From a virus (taxonomy: Duplodnaviria > Caudoviricetes): 64,000 nt of DNA. Of the stretch, positions 18,204-27,897 are shown piece after piece (the stretch's first letter is position 1; every line of letters begins with the position of its first letter). The stretch is taken from IMG/VR virus record IMGVR_UViG_2558860994_000004, positions 16,767 through 80,766 of that record; one strand, 5' to 3'. Under the pieces are notes generated by a model that was given only the letters and a program-made list of their open reading frames with translations, was not told where the DNA came from and made no database searches. A program made the translations under genes and the position numbers.

Positions 18204-19976
18204 ATGACCGTTTTAAGTGCAGAAATCGAAAAGGCGTATAAAGAGCAGCAGGATCAAATTGCTCAGTGCGCGAATTATTACTATGGTGGCTTTAATGCAA
18301 CTGAAATTGCTCAGTTTGACAGTATTGCCATTGCCCCTGAATCACGTCCAGACCTGGTAAAAAGCCTGTTTGATTCGATTGGTGAAGAAGGTCAGGCTAA
18401 TATTGATAATGCAGTGCGCTGGGGTGTTGAACAATATCAAGCGCGTAATGGCGGCCAATTGCCTCATCCGTCAGTCATTGCCAGTGCGTTAGGTGCAGGC
18501 CTGCAAGCAAGCACAATTAACCCTGAAAACTTAAGCAAAGCGATTGCTGGTTTCGATAGTATCAGTAACCTGCAATATGAGCAGGCCAGTATCGTGCCAG
18601 CATTGACCGTAGCGACCATTGCAAACGTCATTGCCTATGCATTGCCTATTTTTGCGCTGATTCCCAACAATAATCAGTCAGTTAAAGTGCCATTGGTGGC
18701 CATGCGCTTTATTACTGATACGGCGTTTGGTGCAATGGGTGCAGGTGAATATCTGGACGGCGAAAATGCCGCAAAACCCTATGCTGAAGGCCGCTTCCGC
18801 TTTGCAATGGCTAAAGGCGCTGGTAATACTTACAGCGTAGTTGCCCATACCTGCTATGACGACTTTAAAGCCAAAACTCCAGACACCGCTACGCCGTTGC
18901 TGCCATTCTGGTCAGGTCTGGTATCTGTAAAAATCAATGGCATGGAAGTAGGTCATACCCGTGATGACCGCCTGCTGTCTGTTGATAAAGGCCAGATTAG
19001 CCTGATTCCAAACCAGAAGGGCGTAAAAGTTGGTAACACAGTTTACAAACTCACTGGCAGCACTATCAATCTGGATACCAGCTCTATTAGTGTGACACTT
19101 GATGGGGCACTGCCTGCTGGTGCTTCTATCGAAGTGGCCTTGGTTGCCAATTTTGAAGCCCGTGACGCTAACAAGAAATTCAAGCTCAATCCGGTTGGTG
19201 TGAGCGTTGAAGCGGAATATGACTCACTGGTGGCTGCGCCATTTGCCATGCGTGTTAATGCGTCATACAGCACACAAAGCCAGCTGGCCAATGAATTAAA
19301 CCTGGGCTTTGTGGGTGCTGCATTATCAATTATGCAAGGTAAGTTCTTTTTGGAACAAACCATTCGATTGCTCAAAGAAGTGAAAGAACGCGCTGTTTTA
19401 AATGGTCGTGGCTACTTTGATATGTCGCGTGGTGTAACTGGTAATTTGTCTGCCGTTGCCAATACCACCGGTGATTTGTTTGCCGAAGTGCTCAAAGTCA
19501 TTAAGAAAGGTAAGCGTCGTATCCGCCGTGCTTCAGGTGGCGCAACTACCAGCTTTGACCTGTACGTGGGCGACAACGGTGAAATCTTCTTCACTACGCT
19601 GTCTGCTGATAAGTTCACACCGACTGGTGTCAGCTCAACGTATGGCGAAATTGTGCGTATCGGTACGCTGGCTGATGGCACCGATGTTTATCACACGCCT
19701 AATGCGCAGGGTGTTATTGAAGAGTCTGACGACAATAAGACCTTTGAAATGCTGCTGATTGGTAAAGGGAATGAGCCAGTGCGCAACCCATTGGTTGGTC
19801 ATATCCCTAACCCGCCTGTGGTACGTGAAGCGTTTGCCGATACCCGTGAGTTGGTGATGGATATTCACGGCAAAATGGCTGCGGAATTGAACCCGCTGGA
19901 ACGCTACGCTGACCAGTGTGCGGTGCTACAAGTGGTTAATGCACCAGCCATTCCATTTGACCCACCAGCCAAGTAA
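18204..19976 (+). CDS. Major capsid protein, P1 gp23-like (ORF track starts at 18072)
   Basis: LPHPSVIASAL, AFGAMGAGEYLDG..Y..RFRF match recalled P1 gp23; AAGGTG RBS before ATG 18204. Confidence 0.8.
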   Translation: MTVLSAEIEKAYKEQQDQIAQCANYYYGGFNATEIAQFDSIAIAPESRPDLVKSLFDSIGEEGQANIDNAVRWGVEQYQARNGGQLPHPSVIASALGAGLQASTINPENLSKAIAGFDSISNLQYEQASIVPALTVATIANVIAYALPIFALIPNNNQSVKVPLVAMRFITDTAFGAMGAGEYLDGENAAKPYAEGRFRFAMAKGAGNTYSVVAHTCYDDFKAKTPDTATPLLPFWSGLVSVKINGMEVGHTRDDRLLSVDKGQISLIPNQKGVKVGNTVYKLTGSTINLDTSSISVTLDGALPAGASIEVALVANFEARDANKKFKLNPVGVSVEAEYDSLVAAPFAMRVNASYSTQSQLANELNLGFVGAALSIMQGKFFLEQTIRLLKEVKERAVLNGRGYFDMSRGVTGNLSAVANTTGDLFAEVLKVIKKGKRRIRRASGGATTSFDLYVGDNGEIFFTTLSADKFTPTGVSSTYGEIVRIGTLADGTDVYHTPNAQGVIEESDDNKTFEMLLIGKGNEPVRNPLVGHIPNPPVVREAFADTRELVMDIHGKMAAELNPLERYADQCAVLQVVNAPAIPFDPPAK

Positions 19977-19984
19977 GGGCAGTT

Positions 19985-20012
19985 AAAAAGGCGCGTTGAT
20001 CGCGCCTTTTTT
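19985..20012 (+). terminator. Intrinsic terminator after capsid gene
   Basis: AAAAAGGCGCG-ttgat-CGCGCCTTTTTT. Confidence 0.8.
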
Positions 20013-20046
20013 CCCATTCAATATTCATAAAGTCAATGAGGGTATC

Positions 20047-20589
20047 ATGACAACTGAACCAAAAACTAAGCGGCAGCCCCGCACCAAAACAGCTGCGTCA
20101 ACAGCTGAACAACAGTCAGCACCATCAACCCCTGATACTGAGCAGGATAAGGTAAATCAAACGCCAGCACAGCCCAATGCCAATCCTGAGCAGCCAGCGG
20201 CAATACAGAACCAGTCAGAAGGCGCTGACAATGGCCAACAGGACAAAGCACCAGCTGATGATCCATTAACAGATGCTGAAATACAGCCAGCTGATAACAA
20301 AGGCGACGACGCATCAGCCGCTGATAAAGAGCAAGCAAGCCCGGCACCTGCGCCAGTAACTGAACCAGTTGCAGTAGCACCTGTAAAGCCAGTACATGCC
20401 TTTGAGGTGACGAATAACAGTGACCAGCGTGTATTTGAGCCTGTCACCCGTACCACCATTGCACCTGTTGAAACCAAAACCATTGAATGTATCAATGCCA
20501 GCTTTAAACAGCGTGCCTTAAGCAATTTAAAGCAGTTTCAAGCCTTAGGCCGTAATTTGGAGATTAAAGAAGATGCCAGCAGTACCTGA
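20047..20589 (+). CDS. Virion protein with Pro/Ala/Gln-rich disordered N-terminus and small C-terminal domain
   Basis: Low-complexity N-terminus; C-terminal VTNNS..EPVTRTTIAP..ALSNLKQ domain. Confidence 0.65.
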   Translation: MTTEPKTKRQPRTKTAASTAEQQSAPSTPDTEQDKVNQTPAQPNANPEQPAAIQNQSEGADNGQQDKAPADDPLTDAEIQPADNKGDDASAADKEQASPAPAPVTEPVAVAPVKPVHAFEVTNNSDQRVFEPVTRTTIAPVETKTIECINASFKQRALSNLKQFQALGRNLEIKEDASST

Positions 20590-21427
20590 TAAATACTTTG
20601 ACGGAACAAACCCAATCCTCACCATTGTTGGTGATGAGCCTACAGAGCGAGATGTCAGCATGACAAACAATGCATCAATCGTAAAAACGGAACTATTAAC
20701 CAATACTCAGCTGCCGCCCGGCCAAACAGTGCTTGTGCGGGTTAAAGGTGATATGGCATTCGACCAGATCATTTCAAATCTTGAGCAAATTAATGCCTTG
20801 GAAGGCTTTGCAGTTATTGGCGTAACCAGTGTGCCGGTAGAAGAAGAAAGCAATGACGATCCATTTACCTTTGTCAATGCTCAGTTTGGCGGTGAAAACA
20901 TACAATATACGGGTGGAACGATAGCATTTGATTATTTCAATGGTCTGCCAGCCTTTGCAATCACCACACCAGCTGCACTCAATAAATACTACACCTTTGG
21001 TCAGCCCAATTATGATATCGGTGGCGTTAATGTATTTTCAGAAGTCCTTCTGATCATTTCACCAAATAGTAACGCGCGTGATGCCTATAGTAACCGCATG
21101 GCCGGTAATGGTGGCTTTGCCGTAGACCAAACCCCGGCTAACGGTGCCAATACAGGCGTTTCAATTTCAAAAGCTGGTGCACTTAATCTCTTTACAAAAA
21201 CAGGCACTGATCTTCGTGTAACGGCACAAGTGGTTAATGATGCCGTGAACTGGTCAATTTACACTCCTGATGGTGGCATTACGGATGATTACAGTGACGC
21301 ACAGCCAGGAATCCAGAATCAGCCTTTATACTGCCATGTCATTGCGATTTTGCATCCAGAATATAGTCAGGTTGATTTGACACAAATCCGTGTACCGCTT
21401 GCTTTGGAAGGCATGGAATTAAGTTAA
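20573..21427 (+). CDS. Virion protein; N-terminal domain paralogous to previous gene's C-terminus
   Basis: MTNNA..ELLTNTQLPPG..IISNLEQ resembles VTNNS..EPVTRTTIAP..ALSNLKQ. Confidence 0.65.
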   Translation: MPAVPDKYFDGTNPILTIVGDEPTERDVSMTNNASIVKTELLTNTQLPPGQTVLVRVKGDMAFDQIISNLEQINALEGFAVIGVTSVPVEEESNDDPFTFVNAQFGGENIQYTGGTIAFDYFNGLPAFAITTPAALNKYYTFGQPNYDIGGVNVFSEVLLIISPNSNARDAYSNRMAGNGGFAVDQTPANGANTGVSISKAGALNLFTKTGTDLRVTAQVVNDAVNWSIYTPDGGITDDYSDAQPGIQNQPLYCHVIAILHPEYSQVDLTQIRVPLALEGMELS

Positions 21428-21449
21428 ACCAAGAATCCAGAAAGAATCT

Positions 21450-21476
21450 AAAAAGCAGCCAAAAGGCTGCTTTTTT
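21450..21476 (+). terminator. Intrinsic terminator
   Basis: AAAAAGCAGCC-aaaa-GGCTGCTTTTTT. Confidence 0.8.
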
Positions 21477-21490
21477 CATGCCTGAACAAC

Positions 21491-21531
21491 TGGAACCTAC
21501 CTCATTTTACCCAAAACCATGCTGACACAAT
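21491..21531 (+). promoter_or_regulatory. Putative late promoter
   Basis: TGGAACC at 21491, CACAAT at 21526. Confidence 0.75.
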
Positions 21532-21562
21532 AACCATAAGCAGTAGGCCATAAGGCAAGGCA

Positions 21563-21850
21563 ATGAACACAACAAAGATTTTAGGTGAAGCGGTCGGTGT
21601 GCAGTGGCAGGGTGTTACTGACAATACCGAAACCAATACAGTGGCCGGTTTAACGCAAGCCATTGTGATTGGCCGGTTTAAACGGGGTGAAGTTGGACGT
21701 CCCATGGTGATTACCCCAAACAATATTCGTGGTCAGCTGGGGCATGAACCTACCAATCCTTATTACATCGCTGTGCAGGCCTGTTTAGATGCTGGTGTGC
21801 CCAGTGTGCAGGTGTTACGTGTAGCTGATTCAATTCAACCTGAGGAATAA
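21563..21850 (+). CDS. Stand-alone tail sheath N-terminal-like domain (copy 1)
   Basis: VIGRFKRG..ITPNN..LG..YIAVQACLDAGV..VLRV resembles the sheath N-terminal motif. Confidence 0.65.
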   Translation: MNTTKILGEAVGVQWQGVTDNTETNTVAGLTQAIVIGRFKRGEVGRPMVITPNNIRGQLGHEPTNPYYIAVQACLDAGVPSVQVLRVADSIQPEE

Positions 21851-21856
21851 AAAATC

Positions 21857-23155
21857 ATGACGCAAATTAGACTTTCAGGTGCAGGCGTTTTATCACTAGG
21901 CGCTACAGTTAGCCCAGCGCTGGTCATTAGTGCAACGACAAAAAGCTATCTGGGTGATGATGCATCCCTTGATATCGCTTTTTTTGCGAAAGTGGCTAAT
22001 CCGCTATCAGGTGATGATATCACCGTACGTTTAACCTGGTTTGACTCAACTACAGACGATCAAATTTTTAAGATTCAGGGCACATTAAGCAATGATGAGG
22101 ATGATTTGTCATCCATTCAGGCAGTCGCTGATGCTGCGGAAATCTTTGGAGAATTTAGTCTAATTCTTGGTTCTGGCCTGATTACTGCGGTTAAAAATTG
22201 CGTGGCTTTTAATGCATACAATGGCTTAAACCGTAACAGTTTTGCATTGCCGCTTCCAAGTGATCAGCCACCACCATTTGATGCCGATCAGGTCTATGAC
22301 ATTTTAACGGCTGAAGGTGTTCGACCAGCCTATCTGGTGCTGCCGACCCTGGATGATCTGGAGCTTTACAACACGGTTTATCGTGCAGCTGACAAGCTCA
22401 ACATTCCCATGGACTGTGAGATTGACCCAACCATTACACCAGAGCAGGCTGCTGACTTGGCGCTTAATCTGGATGCACAGGATCAGCGCGTACAACTAAT
22501 TTGGTCGCCTAATATCTGCCGTCCGCGTGATGCCGTATCCCTACGGGGCCGCAAAGTACCAGCCTACGCCATTGGCGCATACCTTGGTATGAAGTTACTT
22601 CGCAATGCACGTACAACAGCAGAGGGTATCCCCAAAATTGGCGACCCGGTAGCCGGTTACGATTTTCCATTCACCATGAAAGGCCTAGAAATGCGGCCTG
22701 ACGTGGTATTTAACGAGCAAACACTGGAAATGCTGGCTAAAGCTAAAGTGAATACTGTACGCCGCATGAGTTTTGGCGGGGGTGTGCGCTTTGTTCTCAG
22801 TGATGGCTTAACCCAGCGTCAAAGCAAGAACAGTGCGCTGCGCCTGGTCAATGCCACAGAAATTGCCTGCTATACCAGCAATATAGCAACCGACATTCTA
22901 AATCGTCACATGCTTAGACGCATGAGCAGCTACTTAACTGATGCTAGCCGCGAAATTGAAGCCTTTTTGAAAAAATGTGCGGCACCTACGGTTGGCCTGT
23001 TGCAGCCTGCCGCAGATTTGGGCGGTGCGCCGTATGTATTTAGTTTAACGCCCGATGCTGACTATCCGTTTGAACGTGTTCGGCTGTATATGGCGCGTGG
23101 TATAGACGGTATGACCCGTGCTGCAATTTTTGATAAAGACATTCTTAGTAAGTAG
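21857..23155 (+). CDS. Contractile tail sheath protein
   Basis: C-terminal LAKAKVNTVRR..LSDGLTQ..LRLVNA domain typical of sheath. Confidence 0.8.
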   Translation: MTQIRLSGAGVLSLGATVSPALVISATTKSYLGDDASLDIAFFAKVANPLSGDDITVRLTWFDSTTDDQIFKIQGTLSNDEDDLSSIQAVADAAEIFGEFSLILGSGLITAVKNCVAFNAYNGLNRNSFALPLPSDQPPPFDADQVYDILTAEGVRPAYLVLPTLDDLELYNTVYRAADKLNIPMDCEIDPTITPEQAADLALNLDAQDQRVQLIWSPNICRPRDAVSLRGRKVPAYAIGAYLGMKLLRNARTTAEGIPKIGDPVAGYDFPFTMKGLEMRPDVVFNEQTLEMLAKAKVNTVRRMSFGGGVRFVLSDGLTQRQSKNSALRLVNATEIACYTSNIATDILNRHMLRRMSSYLTDASREIEAFLKKCAAPTVGLLQPAADLGGAPYVFSLTPDADYPFERVRLYMARGIDGMTRAAIFDKDILSK

Positions 23156-23170
23156 TTGGAGTAAGAAATA

Positions 23171-23962
23171 ATGATTTTTGGACATAAACGTAAAACCCCG
23201 GTGCCAGCGCTGATTGTGCCTGGCTTTGATTCTGTAGCCGTGGCGATTAGCCAGGCTGCAACCCTGACTGCCAGTGAACAACGTGAGCAGCAATCATTTA
23301 TTGAGCATGTGCGTGAACAGGCGCTGCATATCGTGTCGCATATGGCTGATACGATTATTGAAGGCAAACTAGAAGAAGGCGAGCTGCCCACTGACCTGCT
23401 GGACGGCCTGATGATCGAGGCACTGGATGGACTGGACGACGACGATAGCGACATTGAAGGCGCATTGGCCGGGTCCATTCAAGATGCATTGTCGTCTTTC
23501 GACGTGGATGATTCTGTCATCAATGAAATGTTCGGTGATAATGTCACTGCTGCCGATGCTGCGATTGAAGCTGCTGCTGCAACCATTATCGCGAATATGC
23601 CCGATGAAGGTGAACCACTGGATGAATTTGCCCGTGAATTCATCTTCGGTGAGCCAGATGACATTGAGGAGGGGTTTGACTCTATCAGTGGTAAGCGCTT
23701 GACTAAGGCACAGACTAAAGCCAAAGTCGGGGCGTTCTCGCATAAAAAAGTGGGTGGCCGTAAGGTTGCTTATAAAGGGGTACTGGCCATTCGTAAAGGC
23801 ATCAAAACCATTGTGAACAAGCGACTGCCTGGGCAGAAAATCCGTCAATCTGCTGACCAGAAACAGGCGATTAAAAAAGCCCGCCTGAAAGCACACACGG
23901 CTAATTCCATTCGCCAGCGTGTGAAATCGTTTAAGAAAGGTCGCAAGATGGGTTTGTATTAA
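23171..23962 (+). CDS. Putative internal head protein: acidic N-domain, very basic C-domain
   Basis: D/E-rich middle, K/R-rich last about 90 aa; two FDS[IV] motifs. Confidence 0.65.
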   Translation: MIFGHKRKTPVPALIVPGFDSVAVAISQAATLTASEQREQQSFIEHVREQALHIVSHMADTIIEGKLEEGELPTDLLDGLMIEALDGLDDDDSDIEGALAGSIQDALSSFDVDDSVINEMFGDNVTAADAAIEAAAATIIANMPDEGEPLDEFAREFIFGEPDDIEEGFDSISGKRLTKAQTKAKVGAFSHKKVGGRKVAYKGVLAIRKGIKTIVNKRLPGQKIRQSADQKQAIKKARLKAHTANSIRQRVKSFKKGRKMGLY

Positions 23963-23983
23963 ACTACAGCGAATGATTGCGTT

Positions 23984-24009
23984 AAAAGGCTGCTTAGGCG
24001 GCCTTTTTT
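23984..24009. terminator. Bidirectional terminator
   Basis: AAAAGGCTGC-ttag-GCGGCCTTTTTT between convergent genes. Confidence 0.75.
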
Positions 24010-24020
24010 AATTACTAGAT

Positions 24021-24212
24021 TTATTTATCTGCATAGCATTTGGTCAATACATCGTGGTAGTGCTGATTCGCTTTGTCATAAGCGGTTTTAGCTTTTTCAA
24101 TGGTTGCCTTGTCACCACTGGATAGCGACTTATCATAATTTGCCCAAGCCTTTATTCTTTTACCATGGGCCTTGCTGTATTCCTTTTGCATATCAGTCAT
24201 CATGATCTCCAA
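24021..24212 (-). CDS. Small hypothetical protein
   Basis: 63 aa helical ORF antisense to late operon. Confidence 0.55.
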   Translation of the reverse strand: MEIMMTDMQKEYSKAHGKRIKAWANYDKSLSSGDKATIEKAKTAYDKANQHYHDVLTKCYADK

Positions 24213-24215
24213 TTA

Positions 24216-24491
24216 CTAAATTTCTAAATATAACTTAGCCTGATTGTAAGCGGTATCCAGTTCACTCAAGTAATCCTGCAAATAATCTGAGCCTATCAAA
24301 TTTTTCTGATGAAAGTCGTGTGCTTCACGCTTTAAGCCTTCATAGTCCATTTCCAAAAATTCAACATAATTTCTAATATATGTCATTACTTTCCAGTCCA
24401 GATGCTTTTCATCCAAAAACAGGTTTTTACCCTTTTCTAAAATTGCTGTCGCTTTTTCCTGAGTCATGGGTTCCTGAATAATATTTTTCAC
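24216..24491 (-). CDS. Small hypothetical protein
   Basis: 91 aa low-GC ORF coupled to next gene. Confidence 0.6.
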   Translation of the reverse strand: MKNIIQEPMTQEKATAILEKGKNLFLDEKHLDWKVMTYIRNYVEFLEMDYEGLKREAHDFHQKNLIGSDYLQDYLSELDTAYNQAKLYLEI

Positions 24492-24545
24492 TTTGGAAAA
24501 TCCCTAGGGTATGTGTTTTGAATAATAAAGTCCTTTATTGTCATT

Positions 24546-24586
24546 TGGAACCATGCAGGTCAGGGTATTTTCTAAACAAGCAAAAT
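24546..24586 (+). promoter_or_regulatory. Putative late promoter
   Basis: TGGAACC at 24546, CAAAAT at 24581. Confidence 0.75.
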
Positions 24587-24615
24587 AGCCATAAGTAAAC
24601 TTAGAGTATTGTGAC

Positions 24616-25149
24616 ATGGCTGGTTTAAACCTTGCGACATTAACCAATAAAGATGCATATATTGAAAAAATCCGTGCCGCACTGGAAACCGCAACCGGGC
24701 AACAAATCCCGGCGGGTACCGTAGAGGTAGGGAAAGTCAAACGGGTGAGTGGGGTAAGCGCGGCACCTGTTACCTTTGCATTTGCTGGTGGTCAGTCATT
24801 GACCCTTTATGTACGTGCGACTGCCGATGTATTTAAGGCTGAACTCAATGGCAAGGTCATCGTCCTGTCCGGTGATTTCAGTAACGACTGGAAACAAACC
24901 TTTGACGCTGCTGTGACTGGTGTGGCCAAGCTGGTACGTGATGGCCAAAAGGCGAAACAGGCAGAAAATGCACGTCAAAAAGTTAAAATTCCGCGTGCAC
25001 CCAGCCAAAGCGTTACGGCAAAAATCAAGGAAGTGCAAGAACAGGAAGCCCAGCTTGATCAGCGTATCACTGAAAAAACTGCCCAGCGTGACCAGTTAAA
25101 AGAAAAACTGGAACAGGCCCGCGCGCAAATTGCAGCAGTGACCCAGTAA
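24616..25149 (+). CDS. hdf: Hdf-like protein (stand-alone DarA N-domain homolog)
   Basis: VKRVSGVSAAPVTFAFAGGQSLTL..ELNGK parallels DarA FKRNKVAQVAVTYDMADGQSVTI..QMNNR in this window; coiled-coil tail. Confidence 0.65.
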   Translation: MAGLNLATLTNKDAYIEKIRAALETATGQQIPAGTVEVGKVKRVSGVSAAPVTFAFAGGQSLTLYVRATADVFKAELNGKVIVLSGDFSNDWKQTFDAAVTGVAKLVRDGQKAKQAENARQKVKIPRAPSQSVTAKIKEVQEQEAQLDQRITEKTAQRDQLKEKLEQARAQIAAVTQ

Positions 25150-25159
25150 GGGAGCCATC

Positions 25160-25519
25160 ATGGAAAATTCAATATTTATTGATATTTTTTTGATTGTACT
25201 TTCCCTGTGTTATGCAGGTTTTAGCTATGGCTGGAACAACAAGAACCGGGACACCATTTTAAAACTTAAAAATGATGTGTCCTATTCAAATTTGGTGATT
25301 CTGGCACGTATCCCTTTTCTCATCATTATGGCCCTGGTGCTGGTCTGGTTGGGATTTATGTGCTCGCTACTGTATGAGTGCCTGCTGTACTGGAAGGCTG
25401 CCGGTACGGGCTGTTACCTGTTGCTGGTGCTATTTGCTGGCGTCACTACCTGGCAAATTGGGGTTGCGCAGTACTGCAAGCTCATCCTGATCCATGCCAA
25501 AAGCCGTGGACTGACCTAA
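25160..25519 (+). CDS. Membrane protein (three TM)
   Basis: Three hydrophobic segments; 119 aa. Confidence 0.65.
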   Translation: MENSIFIDIFLIVLSLCYAGFSYGWNNKNRDTILKLKNDVSYSNLVILARIPFLIIMALVLVWLGFMCSLLYECLLYWKAAGTGCYLLLVLFAGVTTWQIGVAQYCKLILIHAKSRGLT

Positions 25520-25854
25520 TGATTGTTACCCAGCACATCATTGCCATGATTGAGCATTGGCTGAGTACGCCGCCCAATGCTTACATCGGGTCCAGCTATG
25601 GCGCTCCGCTCAATGATCTGATCTTAAACCGGTTAAGTGCGCCGGTTGGCAATGCATTTATTGCCAAGATGAAAACCGATATTCCTATTTTAACCAAGCT
25701 TAGCCCGGACCAGCTTTCGCTGTATAGCGACACACAAGGCCATGAAACCCGCATTATTTATTTGCGTGTGGGGAATGTGAATATCAACCTGAATAAAGCA
25801 GCTGAAGTGCGGGCACAACTTCGCGGGGAAACTTTTGATGTTAACGCAGTCTGA
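25519..25854 (+). CDS. Baseplate wedge protein, gp25/P1 PmgA-like (ORF track over-extends to 25378)
   Basis: IEHWLSTP..YIGSSYG..KMKTDIP pattern. Confidence 0.7.
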   Translation: MIVTQHIIAMIEHWLSTPPNAYIGSSYGAPLNDLILNRLSAPVGNAFIAKMKTDIPILTKLSPDQLSLYSDTQGHETRIIYLRVGNVNINLNKAAEVRAQLRGETFDVNAV

Positions 25855-27289
25855 TTTTGAAGCCGCATTGGTTGCAACCATTACTGACCCAGAGATTCTT
25901 GAGCGATATACCGCACAGGATCCACTGGTCATTCAGCAAATCCGCTCACAGGCGGCATTTTTTAGCCTAATGGCACAGGAAATTGATATTGCAACGCTTG
26001 AGCCGTTCAATAAAACCCGTGACCGCTCAATTATTGCCGATGCCACGAATAAGGGAATATTGCCTATTGCCACGGCTTGCCAGCATATTCTGGAAGTCAT
26101 TAACCGCTCAACGGCAAGTATCACGTTAAGCCAAGGGCGGATGATAGAGGATAATAGCGGCGGGCGACCATGGCGTTTATTGCAATCCGTGACGGTGCCA
26201 GCTGGTGCTACAGGTCAGGTCGTAGTTGAACAAAGCGAGTACCGTGAAATTTCATACACGGTGCCGACCACAGAGCCTTTTCACCGTTTTAAGGTGGATT
26301 TAAAGGATGATCTGTCACTAGCCAATATCAGTGTGCGTGATACCGCTACACCAGCCAACCCATACCCGTTAAAAATTCGCTGGATGAATGCCGCAGCGCT
26401 GGATTATGCGGTCAATGTTACAACTGATAGTTTACGGCGCCTGTTTGTTGAGTTTGGTGATGATGAGCGGGCAGGGCGCACGGCACAGGCCAACCAAGTA
26501 TTTATTATTGCCTTGCTTGAAACCTATGGGGAAGTTGACGTATCGCGCTTGCGTGATGCCTCATTGCTTGATGTGCTCAGCAGTGATGAACAGCGCGTTT
26601 CCGTTCGCTTTAAATCGGGTGGACTTGTTAAACAGGGTGCAGACCCACTCAATGTGGCCCAGCTTCGCCTACTGGCCAGTTATCCGGCGCTTTATGATGA
26701 AAATGCCGTATTTTTAGAAAACTTTGATTATCTGGTACGTCAGAAATTCATGAACCGCACGCATTTTATTTCAGTCTGGAATGAAAATGTGCAGGAACGG
26801 CATTACGGCGTCACATGGCATGACATCAATCATTTGAACCTTGCCGTTGTTGCTAAAAATCCAGCGGAGCAGGCCAGCATTCAGCAGGAAATAAAGCAGC
26901 TCATTGGGCGTGCTGATAGTTTGTATCAGGATCGGATGAATATTCGGGTAGTAGCAGAAAAACCGTGTCAGGTGACTATTACCGGGCGGCTAGCTGCAGT
27001 GCATGATCTGGACACCGTTAAGGCACAGATTAAAAACCTATTGGTTGACCGTTATGGCCGTACCACCATTGTTGCAAGTCGCTGGCTGGTGAATGGCTTT
27101 AACAGTCAGGAAATGGCCACGCTGTTGCGCAATAACATTGTCGCGTTTCAGGACCGTATCAGTGATTTTTCAATCAATGTGCAGGCTGGCACCAACAAGC
27201 CGCATGAGTGGGTCTATCTGACGGCTGACAGTATTACGGTCAATCTTGAGCGAACTGCCGATTCAGTGAGCGCGCCATGGATACTTTAA
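25838..27289 (+). CDS. Baseplate wedge protein (P1 BplA / baseplate J-like)
   Basis: 484 aa following the gp25-like gene; P1 synteny and size. Confidence 0.7.
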   Translation: MLTQSDFEAALVATITDPEILERYTAQDPLVIQQIRSQAAFFSLMAQEIDIATLEPFNKTRDRSIIADATNKGILPIATACQHILEVINRSTASITLSQGRMIEDNSGGRPWRLLQSVTVPAGATGQVVVEQSEYREISYTVPTTEPFHRFKVDLKDDLSLANISVRDTATPANPYPLKIRWMNAAALDYAVNVTTDSLRRLFVEFGDDERAGRTAQANQVFIIALLETYGEVDVSRLRDASLLDVLSSDEQRVSVRFKSGGLVKQGADPLNVAQLRLLASYPALYDENAVFLENFDYLVRQKFMNRTHFISVWNENVQERHYGVTWHDINHLNLAVVAKNPAEQASIQQEIKQLIGRADSLYQDRMNIRVVAEKPCQVTITGRLAAVHDLDTVKAQIKNLLVDRYGRTTIVASRWLVNGFNSQEMATLLRNNIVAFQDRISDFSINVQAGTNKPHEWVYLTADSITVNLERTADSVSAPWIL

Positions 27290-27888
27290 ACTTTACCCGG
27301 CCGGTTGATGATCAATATGCGCACATCGGTTTGGAAACGGCACTGGTTCAGGCGTTCCACCAGGTGTATATCGAACAGTTCAGCCAGAAAATGCAGGATT
27401 TGGTTGATTATGGCGCCCCGCATATCGGTAGCCGCACGGTTATTGAAAGGTTTAGCAAACAGGACGGACTGGTTGTGTTACGCCGTCCAGTCACGTCTGA
27501 TACGTTAATGCGAGTGATTTATGCAAACTGGTCCAGTCTGGCCAGTGAACGGGGCTTGGGCTTTTTAGAATTTGTGCTGAAAATGGTCTGGGCAAATCAA
27601 TGGCAAATTATCAGGCTATGGCACAGCGTTGCACGCATCAACCAATATCCTTTGTTTTTAAGCACTGAACAGCAGGCCAATTATTTCCTGACCAGCCGCA
27701 TCATGATTAGTCTTGATGCTACGGTTAGTATTGCAGAAATAGCGGAGTTGTCGCCCATTATCCGCCGTTTGGTGCCTGCTAATATCGTGGTCAAGGTCAA
27801 TGCCAAGGCCTTAAACCGGGAAGCGGAAACCAAGGCGATTGGCGTTGCTATGGTGGGCAAGGTTTATAATGTGGTGGATTTAAGCTAA
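27277..27888 (+). CDS. Baseplate protein (gpI/gp16-like)
   Basis: ERGLGFLEFVL..RRLVPANIVV pattern after baseplate J-like gene. Confidence 0.65.
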   Translation: MDTLNFTRPVDDQYAHIGLETALVQAFHQVYIEQFSQKMQDLVDYGAPHIGSRTVIERFSKQDGLVVLRRPVTSDTLMRVIYANWSSLASERGLGFLEFVLKMVWANQWQIIRLWHSVARINQYPLFLSTEQQANYFLTSRIMISLDATVSIAEIAELSPIIRRLVPANIVVKVNAKALNREAETKAIGVAMVGKVYNVVDLS

Positions 27889-27897
27889 GCGTTCTTA

